Origin: an uncultured Pseudomonadota bacterium
GTDB lineage: Bacteria > Oederibacteriota > Muellerivitia > Muellerivitales > Muellerivitaceae
Direction of reading: 5' to 3'
DNA length: 64,000 bases
NCBI GenBank assembly: GCA_963770835.1
Contig: CAVYRH010000005.1
Span: 64,001 to 128,000, forward strand
Part shown: one piece after another, positions 28,768 to 39,438 of the stretch
Layout of the letters: the number at the start of each line of letters is the position of its first letter
How positions within the stretch are numbered: position 1 is the stretch's first letter
Notes under the pieces: generated by a model
What the model was told of the DNA's origin: nothing
The model's input: the letters and a program-made list of their open reading frames with translations, nothing else
Database searches by the model: none
Translations under genes and position numbers: made by a program

Positions 28768-30830
28768 ACTTGCGAAAAACATTCCAATCTTTCGGGTTTG
28801 TCCTTTTGGCCATTCCGCCGGCCTGGGCCGGTAACTCCTCCTGGCAGGCAGTGCCCATGGTGACAGGCGAGAGCCTTAAAAGCGGAAACCGGGGAGGGGA
28901 GGGCTGCCAGACGATTCAGAATTTCGCAATCGATTCCACGGGGACTTTCCTCATGATGGCCACCAATGTGGGGGGCCTTTACCGCAGTTTGAATGGGGGG
29001 GCTACCTGGGAGCCTGCCAACATCGGTTTTTCACCCCGGGGCGGCGCGGCCCTGGCCATTGATCCCAACAATTCCCGGCGGGTGATTGCGGTGGGGGCTA
29101 ATTCGGGACGGTCACCCGTGAACGGCCTGTGGCTTTCCACAGACCAGGCTTCCTCCTGGAAGCCGGTTCTTTCGCAAGACACCAAGGCCGCCGAAACCTA
29201 CCACGACTCGGTGGCTTTCGACGCCTCCAGCAGGAAGAAGGGGCCAGGCGGCTCCTATAGCGCCATGGCCTATTGGGTGGCTTATTCGGACGCAGGGGGA
29301 GGCCTTTGGAAATCCGCCGACGGGGGGAAAACCTGGCGGAAGTTTCAATCCCAGTTCGCGGACGGCATCGTGAAGGTGAGCCCGGCGGACGGAACGGTGT
29401 ATGTGGCCACAGCCAAGGGTTTTTTCCGGAGCAACGACCACGGGGAAAGCTTCGCGCAGGTACTGGAGGGGCCGGTCCTGGGACTGGACGTCATCGCCAC
29501 CCGACCCCAAAACGTTTATCTCAACAAACCCGACGGAGCCTACGTTTCCACCGATTCGGGCAAGACATTCGATTCCACCGGAAACGCGGGCCTTCCCACC
29601 ACCGACCAACCTGGCCTCAAGAACCTCAAGGTAAGCCCGGCCAACCCTGACCACATGTTGATCAACGACGACCAGGGAACTTATTACAAGCAGGGTCATT
29701 ATTATTCCGCCGACGGCGGCAAGACTTGGTCGGCCTGCAAGTTGGACGACTCCCTTAGCTTCATTCCCACCAACGACCGGCCCTGGCTTTTCATTTGGAG
29801 TCCGATAAAGACGGATTTGGCCTGGTCCTGCGGCGGGGGCTATGTGACCCAAACCACCGATGGAGGTGCCCGTTTCGCCTGGGCCAACAACGGCTTCAAC
29901 GGCCTGACCTGCGCGGGGCACTTTAATTTCACCCCCCAGAATCCGGGCCTTCTTCTCCTGACCAGCCAGGACACTAATTCCACCTTCACCGAAAATATCG
30001 GCGCGAGCCCCGTGACATGGCAATACCTCAAGGTTTCGGGCAAGGGCTGGGGTGGGTTCAATTACGGGGGCTATGCCCTCGGCACCGACGTGATGTTCGC
30101 TGGCAATTCTTCAGACTGGGACGGTCCCGCCACCCTCATGGTTTCCACCAACGGGGGAAGCAGCTGGAAAGACACGGGCCTGGTGGGCGACTCCACCGAG
30201 ACGGCTTGTGGGGATCCGGCCGACCCTTCGGTGGCTTTTTGGGACCAATACCGCACTGCGGACGGTGGCAAAACCTGGCAGGCCATGCCGGACTGTGACG
30301 GGGTCTTCACTTATAACTTCAGCCCCAAGGGCGGCCACGAACTCTACGGTGCCAGGGGCACAGCGATTGTAAAGTCCTCGGACCATGGCGTTACTTGGAA
30401 ACCGGTGTTTCGAATGGAAGAGAAGGTTATGGACTTAGCCTATGATTGGAAGAACCGGAAGATATATATCGCCACGGGATCGCTCTACCAGTACGACACG
30501 GCCTCAGGTGGCGTGAGAAACCTGTCCTTTCGGTTGGGACGTGATAACGAGGGCAACCAAAAAGCGATTTCGGTGGCGGTGGATCCCGTCAACCCGAACG
30601 TGGTTTACGCCGCCTGGCATGGAGATCACTACCTGAGCAGCCAAAGCGTAAGGCGTTCCTTGGACGGGGGAGAGACCTGGAAAACCCTCACACCTCAACC
30701 GGGGGATAGGGGATTGGACGGAGGCCTAGAATCCCATTGCGTGAGGGTGCATCCGATAACGAGGTGGCTTTACTCGGCGGGAAGTTGTTTTGGACTTTGG
30801 CGCTACCCTCCCCCATCCGCAGACAAATAA
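28764..30830 (+). CDS. Exported BNR/Asp-box double beta-propeller (GH74/VPS10-like), no CTD
   Basis: Signal peptide ending PAWA; about 11 S.DGG.TW repeats; ATGA overlap with the upstream GT4. Confidence 0.75.
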   Translation: MNLRKTFQSFGFVLLAIPPAWAGNSSWQAVPMVTGESLKSGNRGGEGCQTIQNFAIDSTGTFLMMATNVGGLYRSLNGGATWEPANIGFSPRGGAALAIDPNNSRRVIAVGANSGRSPVNGLWLSTDQASSWKPVLSQDTKAAETYHDSVAFDASSRKKGPGGSYSAMAYWVAYSDAGGGLWKSADGGKTWRKFQSQFADGIVKVSPADGTVYVATAKGFFRSNDHGESFAQVLEGPVLGLDVIATRPQNVYLNKPDGAYVSTDSGKTFDSTGNAGLPTTDQPGLKNLKVSPANPDHMLINDDQGTYYKQGHYYSADGGKTWSACKLDDSLSFIPTNDRPWLFIWSPIKTDLAWSCGGGYVTQTTDGGARFAWANNGFNGLTCAGHFNFTPQNPGLLLLTSQDTNSTFTENIGASPVTWQYLKVSGKGWGGFNYGGYALGTDVMFAGNSSDWDGPATLMVSTNGGSSWKDTGLVGDSTETACGDPADPSVAFWDQYRTADGGKTWQAMPDCDGVFTYNFSPKGGHELYGARGTAIVKSSDHGVTWKPVFRMEEKVMDLAYDWKNRKIYIATGSLYQYDTASGGVRNLSFRLGRDNEGNQKAISVAVDPVNPNVVYAAWHGDHYLSSQSVRRSLDGGETWKTLTPQPGDRGLDGGLESHCVRVHPITRWLYSAGSCFGLWRYPPPSADK

Positions 30831-30868
30831 TCAGGCCCTGAGTCAAGGCATTAGATTTTTACAGGGGT

Positions 30869-31666
30869 TTATTTGATTCCGATGATTTTAACGCCCAAGA
30901 GGATCCGGACCGGTGGGAACCGGCCGAATGCCTTGGCCAGCGGATGGGGGAGCTTTTCCAAGACCAATTCCAATAAAAGAGCCAGGGCCAGGGGAAAGGG
31001 GACAAACAGGCCGTAACCTACCAGCAATTTGACTTTGGAAAATCCCACTTTCAAGAATAAATCCCTTAATTCATGGACCGTATATTCCTTCAAGTGGAAG
31101 CCGGTGGCAACGTCGTCAAACCGCCTTGAGATGTCGTGGGGGCCCGACAGGCGGCTAGGGGTTACGCACAGGTAGGCTCCACCCTTTTTTAGGACCCGCA
31201 GGATGCTTTTCAGTTGTTCCAGGGCGTCCTCGGGATGGATATGCTCCATCAATTGATTGCTATAAACGACGTCCACGCTTTCGTCCTCGAGGGGTATGCT
31301 GGAACCGTCCGAGATGATGACTTTGATCCCTGATTCATCTTCGATCTTTTTGGTAATTTCGTTGGAGACGTCCAAGGCATAAGCTTTTTTTACCGAGGGG
31401 ACGACCCGCCGAAGCAATTTCCCCTCGCCAGGTCCGACTTCGAGGAAGGTTTTATCCCTGGAAAGGAACCGTCTTACCAGGTTCTCCTGGTTCCGGGAAT
31501 TGTCCTTCTGCCCGGTGATGATATAGGGGAATTTCTTAAAAAGTTCGTCGTAAAGGCTTGTGTAAAGACCCTTTCTTTCTTCTTTGGGAGCTTGCCGTAA
31601 CTTTTGGGCGAGCACCTTTTCGAATTCGTAATGGCTCCTAATCTCTTCTGGACTTACCTTTGACAT
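30869..31666 (-). CDS. Class I SAM-dependent methyltransferase
   Basis: FLEVGPGEG, ALDVS, DVVYSNQLMEH.H, RVLK.GG. Confidence 0.9.
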   Translation of the reverse strand: MSKVSPEEIRSHYEFEKVLAQKLRQAPKEERKGLYTSLYDELFKKFPYIITGQKDNSRNQENLVRRFLSRDKTFLEVGPGEGKLLRRVVPSVKKAYALDVSNEITKKIEDESGIKVIISDGSSIPLEDESVDVVYSNQLMEHIHPEDALEQLKSILRVLKKGGAYLCVTPSRLSGPHDISRRFDDVATGFHLKEYTVHELRDLFLKVGFSKVKLLVGYGLFVPFPLALALLLELVLEKLPHPLAKAFGRFPPVRILLGVKIIGIK

Positions 31667-32041
31667 GACAACTCCTCATTGGGGTAACTGGCGCTCAACC
31701 TGTCACTGAGAACACTTTTAGGGAAGATTAAAGCTCTTTTGCAGGCCCAAAATAAGGCTGCCCATTGTTTCCGTCAAGCTTGCCACGCAAGGCTTTGACG
31801 GAAAGCAAACGGGTTGGTTACGTCAATTTGATCTTCGAGCCGTCCATGGCGGGTTTGGCCCACGTTTTCCTCAAAACTCTCGGTATTTGTGTTCGATTTT
31901 CAATTTTTTTGCGGTAACTTTGATCCGCGGATTGAAACCCGCCCTTGATCCTCAAACCGAATGGTATTTCCGAAAATTTAAAAATGGAATCCGAATAAAA
32001 CAATGCCCACCTTGCTGACAAATCGAGAGAAGTTCCATTTC

Positions 32042-34663
32042 ATGCTTTTTATACGGCCCTGGTTTTCTTTTCCGGTGCTGTTATGGGTAATCCTTATCGG
32101 CGGGTCTGTTTTCGCACCTTCCCCCGCGCTGTCCGCCTCATCCTTGTGGCAACCGCTACCCTTGGTGACCCAGGCAAGCCTGGGGGCGGGCAACAGCGGG
32201 GGAGAAGGATGCCAGGTGATCCAAAACCTCGCCATCGATTCCACGGGAACCTTTCTCATGATGGGGACGGACGTGGGGGGTATCTTCCGGAGCTTGAACG
32301 GCGGGGCCAATTGGCAACCCGCGGACGTGGGTTACGCGCCCCGGGGGGCTTGCGCCTTCGCCATCGACCCCAATAACAACCAGCGAGTTTTGGCCGTAGG
32401 GGACAACTCGGGTGCCCAGTCTTGGAACGGGTTGTGGCTTTCCACCAACCAGGCTGCGTCCTGGAGTCCGGTTTTGCAGAAGAACATGCAGGGGTCGGGG
32501 ACCTACCACGATTCGGTGGCCTTTGATGCCTCCAGCGTGACGGTATCGGGTGGGGTTACTTTCAGCGGCACCGCCTACTGGGTGAATTACTCCGACGGGG
32601 GAGGGGGCTTGTGGAAATCGACGAATGGAGGACAGAGCTGGAGCGAAATCCAGACTTCCTTCTCCGACGGTATCGTGAAGGTGAAGCCCTCTACCGGTGC
32701 GGTGTACGTGGCCACGGCGAACGGGTTTTACGTGAGCACCAACGGGGGGGGCAGCTTTACGCAGGTTGTGACGGGATCGGTGCTGGGGTTGGATGTCATT
32801 TCCACACAGCCTAACAATGTCTACATCAATGAAAGCAACGGCGTTTATGTTTCCACCAACTCAGGACAAAGTTTCACTCAGCAAACAAGCGCAGGCCTCC
32901 CCACGAATTACACCCCGGGGCTGAGAAACCTGAAAGTAAGCCCGGCCAACCCCAGCAATATGCTCATCGACGTGGATCAGGGGGTTTATGACCAGCAAAG
33001 CCAATATTATTCCACCAATGGGGGTGCCAACTGGTCCGCCTGCTCCCTGAATTCCACCCCAAGCTTCATCCCAATGAACCCCAGGGAATGGTTGTTCGTA
33101 TGGAACCCGGCCAACGCCAACCAGGCCTGGGCCTGTGGCGGGGACTTCATCAGTGAGAGCGCCAACGCTGGGGCGAATTTTTCCTGGGCCGCCGATGGCT
33201 ACAACGATTTTACCTGCACAGGCTATTTCAACTTCAATCCACAGAACCCGAACCTGCTCCTGGTGACCAGCCAGGATTACAACTCAGCCTTCACCGCGGG
33301 CGTGACCGACGCCTCAGTCACGTGGCAGTACTTGAATGTGTCGGGCCAGGTATGGGGCGGTTACACCTACGCGGGCTACGCCCTTAGTCCCAGCGTGATG
33401 ATAGCCGGAAACGCGGCGTCCTGGTACGCGCCCGCCACCATGATGGTCTCCACCAATAGCGGGGGCAACTGGACCAGTACGGGGCTAGTTGGAAACAATA
33501 CCCAGGCTGTCTGTGGGGATCCGGTCAGTGCCGGCGTGGCCTTTTGGGACCAGTATTACACCACCAACAGCGGCGGTAGTTGGTCCACCATGACCAACTG
33601 CTCCGGTGTTTTCACCTATAATTCCAACTCCTCGGGAAGCCACGAGCTCTATGGCGGCAGTGGTGCGGAAGTAGTGACATCCACGAACCATGGCGCAACC
33701 TGGACTAACGTTGTGGGGGTTCCCTCCACGGTCATCGACATCGCCTGTGATTGGATGAACAATCAGCTTTACATCGTGGATTCGCAAGGGGACCTTTTCA
33801 CCTATAGCCTGTCAGGCGGCGGAAGCCCAGTGAAGATTACCTCGCGCCTGGCCGTAGACAACGAGGGAAACCAGGGGGCCTATTCGGTGGCAGTGGATCC
33901 GGTGGACCCGAACGTGGTCTATTTGGCCTGGACAGGGAATAGTTACATCAGCAACCAGGCGGTGCGCCGTTCGGTGGACGGTGGGCAGACCTGGACACCC
34001 TTGACGATGCAACCCGGGGACACGGGATTGGACGGGGGTCAGGAATCGGAATGCGTTCGAGTGCACCCAGTCACCCGGTACCTCTATTCGACGGGTTCCT
34101 GCTTTGGGGTCTGGCGATATCCGCCTCCCAATCTCTTTACACCCACGCCCACCCCGACCAACCTGAACGGCTGGACCTCCACGCCCACCTTCACCCGCAC
34201 ACCCACACTGACGCCCACCCGCACCAACACTCCGACCTCCACCTTCAGCCCCACCCCCACCGGTACGCCCACCAAAACCCCGACCACCACCTGGACCCCG
34301 ACCCCGACACCCACTAATTTGTTTGGCTACACCTCCACACCCACTCCTTTGGCAAGCATCGGGCCTTCCTCGGGAATCGTCGGCATACCGATCCCCTACC
34401 CGAACCCCGTGCAGGGCCCGGCCCTTTCCATCCAGGTTGAGATTAACTTCGAGAAGAGCGACACCCACGGGCGCCTGGAGGTTGTCACGGTAGTCGGCCG
34501 AAGGGTCCGTGAAACGGTCCTGGGAACCGTCCATCCAGGACCCCTCGTCCTCACCCTTCCCTTGACCGACACTTGGGGCACCCCGCTGGCCAACGGCCTC
34601 TACTACCTCGTCGTGAAGACCACCACCGACCAATCGGTCGGCAAGCTTCTTATTCTCCGCTAA
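32042..34663 (+). CDS. GH74-like beta-propeller with Thr/Pro linker and T9SS-like CTD
   Basis: Paralog of 28764; GTDVGG; TPT linker; CTD PYPNP...[11 protein letters not shown]......GKLLILR; start could be 32003. Confidence 0.8.
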   Translation: MLFIRPWFSFPVLLWVILIGGSVFAPSPALSASSLWQPLPLVTQASLGAGNSGGEGCQVIQNLAIDSTGTFLMMGTDVGGIFRSLNGGANWQPADVGYAPRGACAFAIDPNNNQRVLAVGDNSGAQSWNGLWLSTNQAASWSPVLQKNMQGSGTYHDSVAFDASSVTVSGGVTFSGTAYWVNYSDGGGGLWKSTNGGQSWSEIQTSFSDGIVKVKPSTGAVYVATANGFYVSTNGGGSFTQVVTGSVLGLDVISTQPNNVYINESNGVYVSTNSGQSFTQQTSAGLPTNYTPGLRNLKVSPANPSNMLIDVDQGVYDQQSQYYSTNGGANWSACSLNSTPSFIPMNPREWLFVWNPANANQAWACGGDFISESANAGANFSWAADGYNDFTCTGYFNFNPQNPNLLLVTSQDYNSAFTAGVTDASVTWQYLNVSGQVWGGYTYAGYALSPSVMIAGNAASWYAPATMMVSTNSGGNWTSTGLVGNNTQAVCGDPVSAGVAFWDQYYTTNSGGSWSTMTNCSGVFTYNSNSSGSHELYGGSGAEVVTSTNHGATWTNVVGVPSTVIDIACDWMNNQLYIVDSQGDLFTYSLSGGGSPVKITSRLAVDNEGNQGAYSVAVDPVDPNVVYLAWTGNSYISNQAVRRSVDGGQTWTPLTMQPGDTGLDGGQESECVRVHPVTRYLYSTGSCFGVWRYPPPNLFTPTPTPTNLNGWTSTPTFTRTPTLTPTRTNTPTSTFSPTPTGTPTKTPTTTWTPTPTPTNLFGYTSTPTPLASIGPSSGIVGIPIPYPNPVQGPALSIQVEINFEKSDTHGRLEVVTVVGRRVRETVLGTVHPGPLVLTLPLTDTWGTPLANGLYYLVVKTTTDQSVGKLLILR

Positions 34664-35271
34664 TGGCCGAGGAGCATTGACCGAAAATCCACCGTCCACC
34701 TTCTTCGAAAAAATTCTGCATTTCTATTTCGAATTTCTGCACTAAAGTGGGGAAGAATAAAAATTTTAAAAAATCGGGAAAACGGTGCACGGAGAAAAAA
34801 ACGAGTTTGCCCTTTACCATTCACTGAAATGAAAGAGTAAAACGATCCTTAAGTTCTTTCCGTTTGTAACAAACTTTCCATCCTTATTCCATCTCGTATA
34901 ATTTAATCAACGAAGGGTGCTTTGCTCAAAGGGCTCTTCGAAGGTTTTTTCCACCGAATCCGCCTCCGGAAAAAACTCCACAAGTCTTACGTTCCGAAAG
35001 CAGGAGTGTCCATTGCCTTGGGCGCTCCCCCCCCAACCTAAAAAACATCCGATCTCAGCCGACCATGAACGGCTGACCGCCTAGGTTCCTCCATCGCCCT
35101 TGAATGCTCGTTGCTGGAATCCAAAGGTTTCTGATTTTTTACTCACAGGAATCTGGCCTGTCCCCGGGATGAAACCCGCTTGAAAAGCCAAACCCAAAGG
35201 GATTTTCCACGTCCCCTGGGAAAAACGATTTGAGCCATTCTTCGCTAAGTACAGGAAAAGAGGGCCTTTCC

Positions 35272-38200
35272 ATGCTGAAGAACAACGCCTTTTCGGTGAG
35301 ACGAGTTCGTTTTGTTTACCGCCTTTTTAGGCTGAAAACCTTCCGGCTTCTTTTGTGGGCGGTAGGGCTTCTTTGCGGCCTTCCGGAGGCCGCCGAAGCC
35401 GCTACCTCCTTGTGGCAGCCGATTCCGTTGGTGACACAGGGTAGTTTAAGCGCAGGCAACAGCGGGGGTGAAGGTTGCCAGGTGGTCCAAAACCTCGCCA
35501 TCGATTCCACGGGGACCTTTCTCATGATGGGAACGGATGTGGGGGGGATCTTTCGTAGCACCAACGGGGGAGCCAACTGGCAGCCTGCGGATGTGGGCTA
35601 TGCTCCCCGGGGAGCCTGTGCCTTCGCTATCGATCCCAATAACAACCAGCGAGTTTTGGCTGTGGGGGATAACTCAGGCGCCCAGTCCTGGAACGGCCTC
35701 TGGCTTTCCACCACCCAAGCAGCCTCCTGGAGTCCGGTGTTGCAGAAGAACATTCAGGGGTCGGGAACCTACCACGACTCGGTGGCCTTCGACGCCTCCA
35801 GCGGAACGCTGTCGGGGGGTGTCAGCATGAGCGCTGTGGCCTATTGGGTGAACTACTCGGACGGGGGTGGGGGACTTTGGAAATCCACCGACGGGGGGAA
35901 CACCTGGAGTGAAATCCAAACTAATTTTTCCGACGGCATCGTGAAGGTGAACCCCTCCACTGGGGCGGTGTACGTCGCCACAGCAAACGGATTTTATTTG
36001 AGCACTAACGGAGGATCAAGTTTCACCCAAGTCGTGACGGGCTCTGTCCTGGGGTTGGATGTGATTGCCACTCAACCCAACAATGTCTACATAAATGAGA
36101 CGAACGGAGTCTATGTTTCCACCAACGCGGGTGCCAGTTTCACCAAGCTGGCTAGCACGGGCCTTCCCACCACGGACTCGCCGGGCCTGAGGAATCTCAA
36201 GGTCAGCCCGGCCAACTCTAACAACATGCTTATTGACGACGACCAAGGTTCCTATACTTCCCAGAACTATTATTACTCCACCAACGGGGGGGCCAGTTGG
36301 TCGGCCTGTTCCTTGAACTCCTCTCAAAGCTTCATCCCCATGAACACGCGGGAGTGGCTCTTTGTGTGGAGCCCCACCAATGCCAACCAGGCCTGGACCT
36401 GCGGCGGGGATTTCATTAGCGAGACCGCCAACGCCGGAGCGAATTTTACCTGGGCCGCCAACGGCTATAATGACTTCACCTGCACGGGCTACTTCAATTT
36501 CAACCCGCAGAACCCCAACCTGCTCCTGGTGACCAGCCAGGACTACAACTCAGCCTTCACGGCCGCCGCTACGGCTTCCTCCCCCGCTTGGCAATACCTG
36601 AACGTTTCGGGTCAGGGATGGGGGGGCTTCACCTATGGCGGCTATGCCCTGAGCTCGACCGTCTTTGCGGCGGGCAACGCGCCCAGTTGGGGGGCGGCGG
36701 CCACCCTGATGGTTTCCACCAACGGCGGAAGCAGCTTCAGTAACACCGGCTTGGTGGGAAACAACACCCAGGCGGCTTGTGGGGACCCGGTTTCCGCCAC
36801 TGTGGCTTTCTGGGACCAGTACCGCACCATCAACGGCGGATCTAGTTGGAGCGCGATGAGCGCCTGCGACGGGGTCTTCACCTACAACTCCAACCCCTCG
36901 GGAAGTTTCGAGCTATATGGGTCCAAGGGGTCCGAGGTGGTCAAGTCCACGGACCACGGCAATAGCTGGACCAACGTGGTGGGGGTCAATTCCACCGTCA
37001 TCGATATTGCCTGCGACTGGAAGAATAGCCAGCTCTATGTGGTGGATTCCCAGGGAGACCTTTTCACCTCGCCCTTGACGGGAGGCACCGCCACAATGAT
37101 CACTTCACGCCTGGCCACCGACAATGAGGGCAACCAGGGGGCCTATTCGGTGGCGGTCGATCCCGTCGACCCGGATATCGTCTACACGGCTTGGACAGGG
37201 AACAGCTACATCAGCAGCCAAGCCGTAAGGCGCTCCACGGACGCGGGCAAGACCTGGACGCCCTTGACGATGCAACCGGGGGACACGGGCCTGGACGGGG
37301 GCCGGGAATCGGAATGCGTGCGAGTGAACCCGACCACCCGGTATCTTTATTCCACGGGCTCCTGTTTTGGGGTCTGGAAATATCCCCCACCGGCAAGCGG
37401 GTCGCCTACCCCGGTGGCCACAGCCACGGCCACCAACTTGAACGGTTATACCGCGACACCCACTCCCACGCGAACTTCCACTTTGACGGCTACCGCCACC
37501 AAGACGCTGACCTCCACACCCACTTCCACTCTCACATCCACTTACTCGACAACACTCTCTGCCACCCCCACATCGACGGATTCAATGACCCCTAGTGCGA
37601 CAGCCTCTAAGACGTCGACGGCTTCAGGAACTGCTACGCCTTCATTCACATTGGTACGCACCAATACCCCCGTGCTCACCCCCACATTTACCTCCACTGC
37701 TACATCCACTTTTTCCACGACGCCCTCCGCCACCCCCACGTCGACGGATTCAATGACCCCGAGTGCGACGGCCGCCAAGACGTCAACGGCTTTGAGCACG
37801 GCTACTCCTTCGTCCACATCGAGTTGGACACCATCCCACACTGCAACACCTTCTTTCACTGCCACTTGGACGGGCACATCGACGGGAACATTCACCCCAC
37901 TTCCGATTCGGACCAACACCCCCACAACCACTTCCACATGGACGAAAACGGCGACAATGCCCCCGACACCCACTTCTACGCCAACTTCCACGTTCCCCCT
38001 CACGTCCGGTGATACCTCCACGCCGGAAATTACACCTACTTTGGAGACACCGGGGCACCAGGTGGGAGTTCCCGTCCCTTACCCCAATCCTGTTCAGGGT
38101 CCGGATTCTTCGGTTGAAGTCCGGATGGTATTTGAGGCGAGCGACACCCACGGCCGGTTGGAGGTGTTGACCCTGACTGGCCGCAAAGTCCGCGAGATGG

Positions 38201-38346
38201 CCCTGGGCACGGTCCAACCCGGCACCTTGACGGTGCCCTTACCCCTGACTGACACCCGGGGAATTCCACTGGCCAACGGTCTTTACTACCTGGTCGTGAG
38301 AACCACCACCCAGCAGGCAATCGGAAAAATGCTGATTCTTCGGTAA
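35272..38346 (+). CDS. GH74-like beta-propeller with long Thr/Ser linker and T9SS-like CTD
   Basis: Close paralog of 32042; signal peptide ending AAEA; CTD PYPNP...[10 protein letters not shown]......GKMLILR. Confidence 0.8.
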   Translation: MLKNNAFSVRRVRFVYRLFRLKTFRLLLWAVGLLCGLPEAAEAATSLWQPIPLVTQGSLSAGNSGGEGCQVVQNLAIDSTGTFLMMGTDVGGIFRSTNGGANWQPADVGYAPRGACAFAIDPNNNQRVLAVGDNSGAQSWNGLWLSTTQAASWSPVLQKNIQGSGTYHDSVAFDASSGTLSGGVSMSAVAYWVNYSDGGGGLWKSTDGGNTWSEIQTNFSDGIVKVNPSTGAVYVATANGFYLSTNGGSSFTQVVTGSVLGLDVIATQPNNVYINETNGVYVSTNAGASFTKLASTGLPTTDSPGLRNLKVSPANSNNMLIDDDQGSYTSQNYYYSTNGGASWSACSLNSSQSFIPMNTREWLFVWSPTNANQAWTCGGDFISETANAGANFTWAANGYNDFTCTGYFNFNPQNPNLLLVTSQDYNSAFTAAATASSPAWQYLNVSGQGWGGFTYGGYALSSTVFAAGNAPSWGAAATLMVSTNGGSSFSNTGLVGNNTQAACGDPVSATVAFWDQYRTINGGSSWSAMSACDGVFTYNSNPSGSFELYGSKGSEVVKSTDHGNSWTNVVGVNSTVIDIACDWKNSQLYVVDSQGDLFTSPLTGGTATMITSRLATDNEGNQGAYSVAVDPVDPDIVYTAWTGNSYISSQAVRRSTDAGKTWTPLTMQPGDTGLDGGRESECVRVNPTTRYLYSTGSCFGVWKYPPPASGSPTPVATATATNLNGYTATPTPTRTSTLTATATKTLTSTPTSTLTSTYSTTLSATPTSTDSMTPSATASKTSTASGTATPSFTLVRTNTPVLTPTFTSTATSTFSTTPSATPTSTDSMTPSATAAKTSTALSTATPSSTSSWTPSHTATPSFTATWTGTSTGTFTPLPIRTNTPTTTSTWTKTATMPPTPTSTPTSTFPLTSGDTSTPEITPTLETPGHQVGVPVPYPNPVQGPDSSVEVRMVFEASDTHGRLEVLTLTGRKVREMALGTVQPGTLTVPLPLTDTRGIPLANGLYYLVVRTTTQQAIGKMLILR
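37545..37812 (+). repeat. Internal duplication with 168-bp spacing in the linker
   Basis: GCCACCCCCAC.TCGACGGATTCAATGACCCC.AGTGCGAC at 37561 and 37729 (SATPTSTDSMTPSATA.KTSTA twice); boundaries approximate. Confidence 0.8.
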
Positions 38347-38372
38347 AAGAAAGGGCTTCTGCCCTGCTTTTT
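38345..38372 (+). terminator. Probable weak intrinsic terminator
   Basis: AAAAG-A-AAGGGC-TTCT-GCCCT-G-CTTTTT directly after the stop. Confidence 0.45.
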
Positions 38373-38483
38373 CCAGTTGGCATCGTGAGGGCCTGAAAGC
38401 CTTCCGAATTTCTTACTAGTCCCTTCAAAAAGACCCCAACCGCCGTTAAAGTAGCGCCCCAAAGGGGATAAGGGACGGAACGG

Positions 38484-39290
38484 GTGCAAAACGCCAAGCT
38501 TACGATTAAAGAGAACGAAGTTTTAGAGAACAACCTTTCCAAGCTTAAGAGCTTGCCTATCCTCATGTTCCATCGGGTCGTGGAGGAAATCCCCAATGGC
38601 CCCCTCTACGACATCCACTATTCCCGTGAAAACCTGCGTAAACTCCTTTGCTTCCTCAAGGAGAAAGGTTTTGAGACGGTTACTTTTGAGGATATCCTGA
38701 CCCGCCCCGCGCCCTCCAAGCCCATCATCTTGACCTTCGACGACGGTTACGAGGACAACTTCTTCCATCTTTTTCCGCTTTTGAAGGAACATGGAATGAA
38801 GGCAGTCATCTACCTTTTGGGCGACCGGACCATTCCTTCCAACATTTGGGATGCTGATAAGGGGGGCCCCAGGGCTCCCTTGATGCGAACGGACCAAATC
38901 CTGGAAATGGCGGAAAGCGGCCTGGTGGAATTTGGCGGCCACAGCATGACCCATTCCAACCTGGTGAAGCTGAACCTTTCGGCGGTGGAAAGGGAAGTGG
39001 GGGACTGCAAAAACGCGCTGGAAAACCTTTTGGGAAAGCCAGTAGTGTCCTTCGCTTATCCCTTCGGGTTTTTCAGCGAATCTGTGAAAAGGGCTGTGGC
39101 CGGGGCGGGCTATCTTTTTGGCATCGTGGTGGAATGGGGACCAAATGATTTCGGAAGCGATTTAATGGAAACTCGGAGGGTCTGTCTTTCCCCTGACGCA
39201 GGGCCCTTGGAGTTTTTCTGGAAGACCAGCCGGTTTTACCCCGCTTTCCGAAAGCTCCGGCGCAAGCTGTTTTCGCGTAAAGGCCCGTAA
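38484..39290 (+). CDS. Polysaccharide deacetylase (CE4/NodB)
   Basis: PILMFHRV, LTFDDGY.DN, EFGGHSMTH..L, SFAYPFG. Confidence 0.9.
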   Translation: MQNAKLTIKENEVLENNLSKLKSLPILMFHRVVEEIPNGPLYDIHYSRENLRKLLCFLKEKGFETVTFEDILTRPAPSKPIILTFDDGYEDNFFHLFPLLKEHGMKAVIYLLGDRTIPSNIWDADKGGPRAPLMRTDQILEMAESGLVEFGGHSMTHSNLVKLNLSAVEREVGDCKNALENLLGKPVVSFAYPFGFFSESVKRAVAGAGYLFGIVVEWGPNDFGSDLMETRRVCLSPDAGPLEFFWKTSRFYPAFRKLRRKLFSRKGP

Positions 39291-39438
39291 GTTGTAATCG
39301 TTTTGTCCGGTTCGGAACTCCGGGATGACCCCTGACAGTGGCCATGGTACACTGCCGGGACTTAAACCCCGGTTTAAATGACCGAGCCTATAACCTGTGA
39401 AAGCCCATCCCTTGCGACCAAGGGAAGAGTCAACGGCC

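Noticed and set aside
34664..35271. 600-bp intergenic region as a riboswitch or sRNA
   Set aside because: Only short hairpins; no riboswitch consensus that I could recognise; an Rfam search would be needed
32042..38346. Similar gene pair as a diversity-generating retroelement template/variable repeat
   Set aside because: Similarity covers whole genes, differences are not adenine-specific and no reverse transcriptase is present; ordinary duplication
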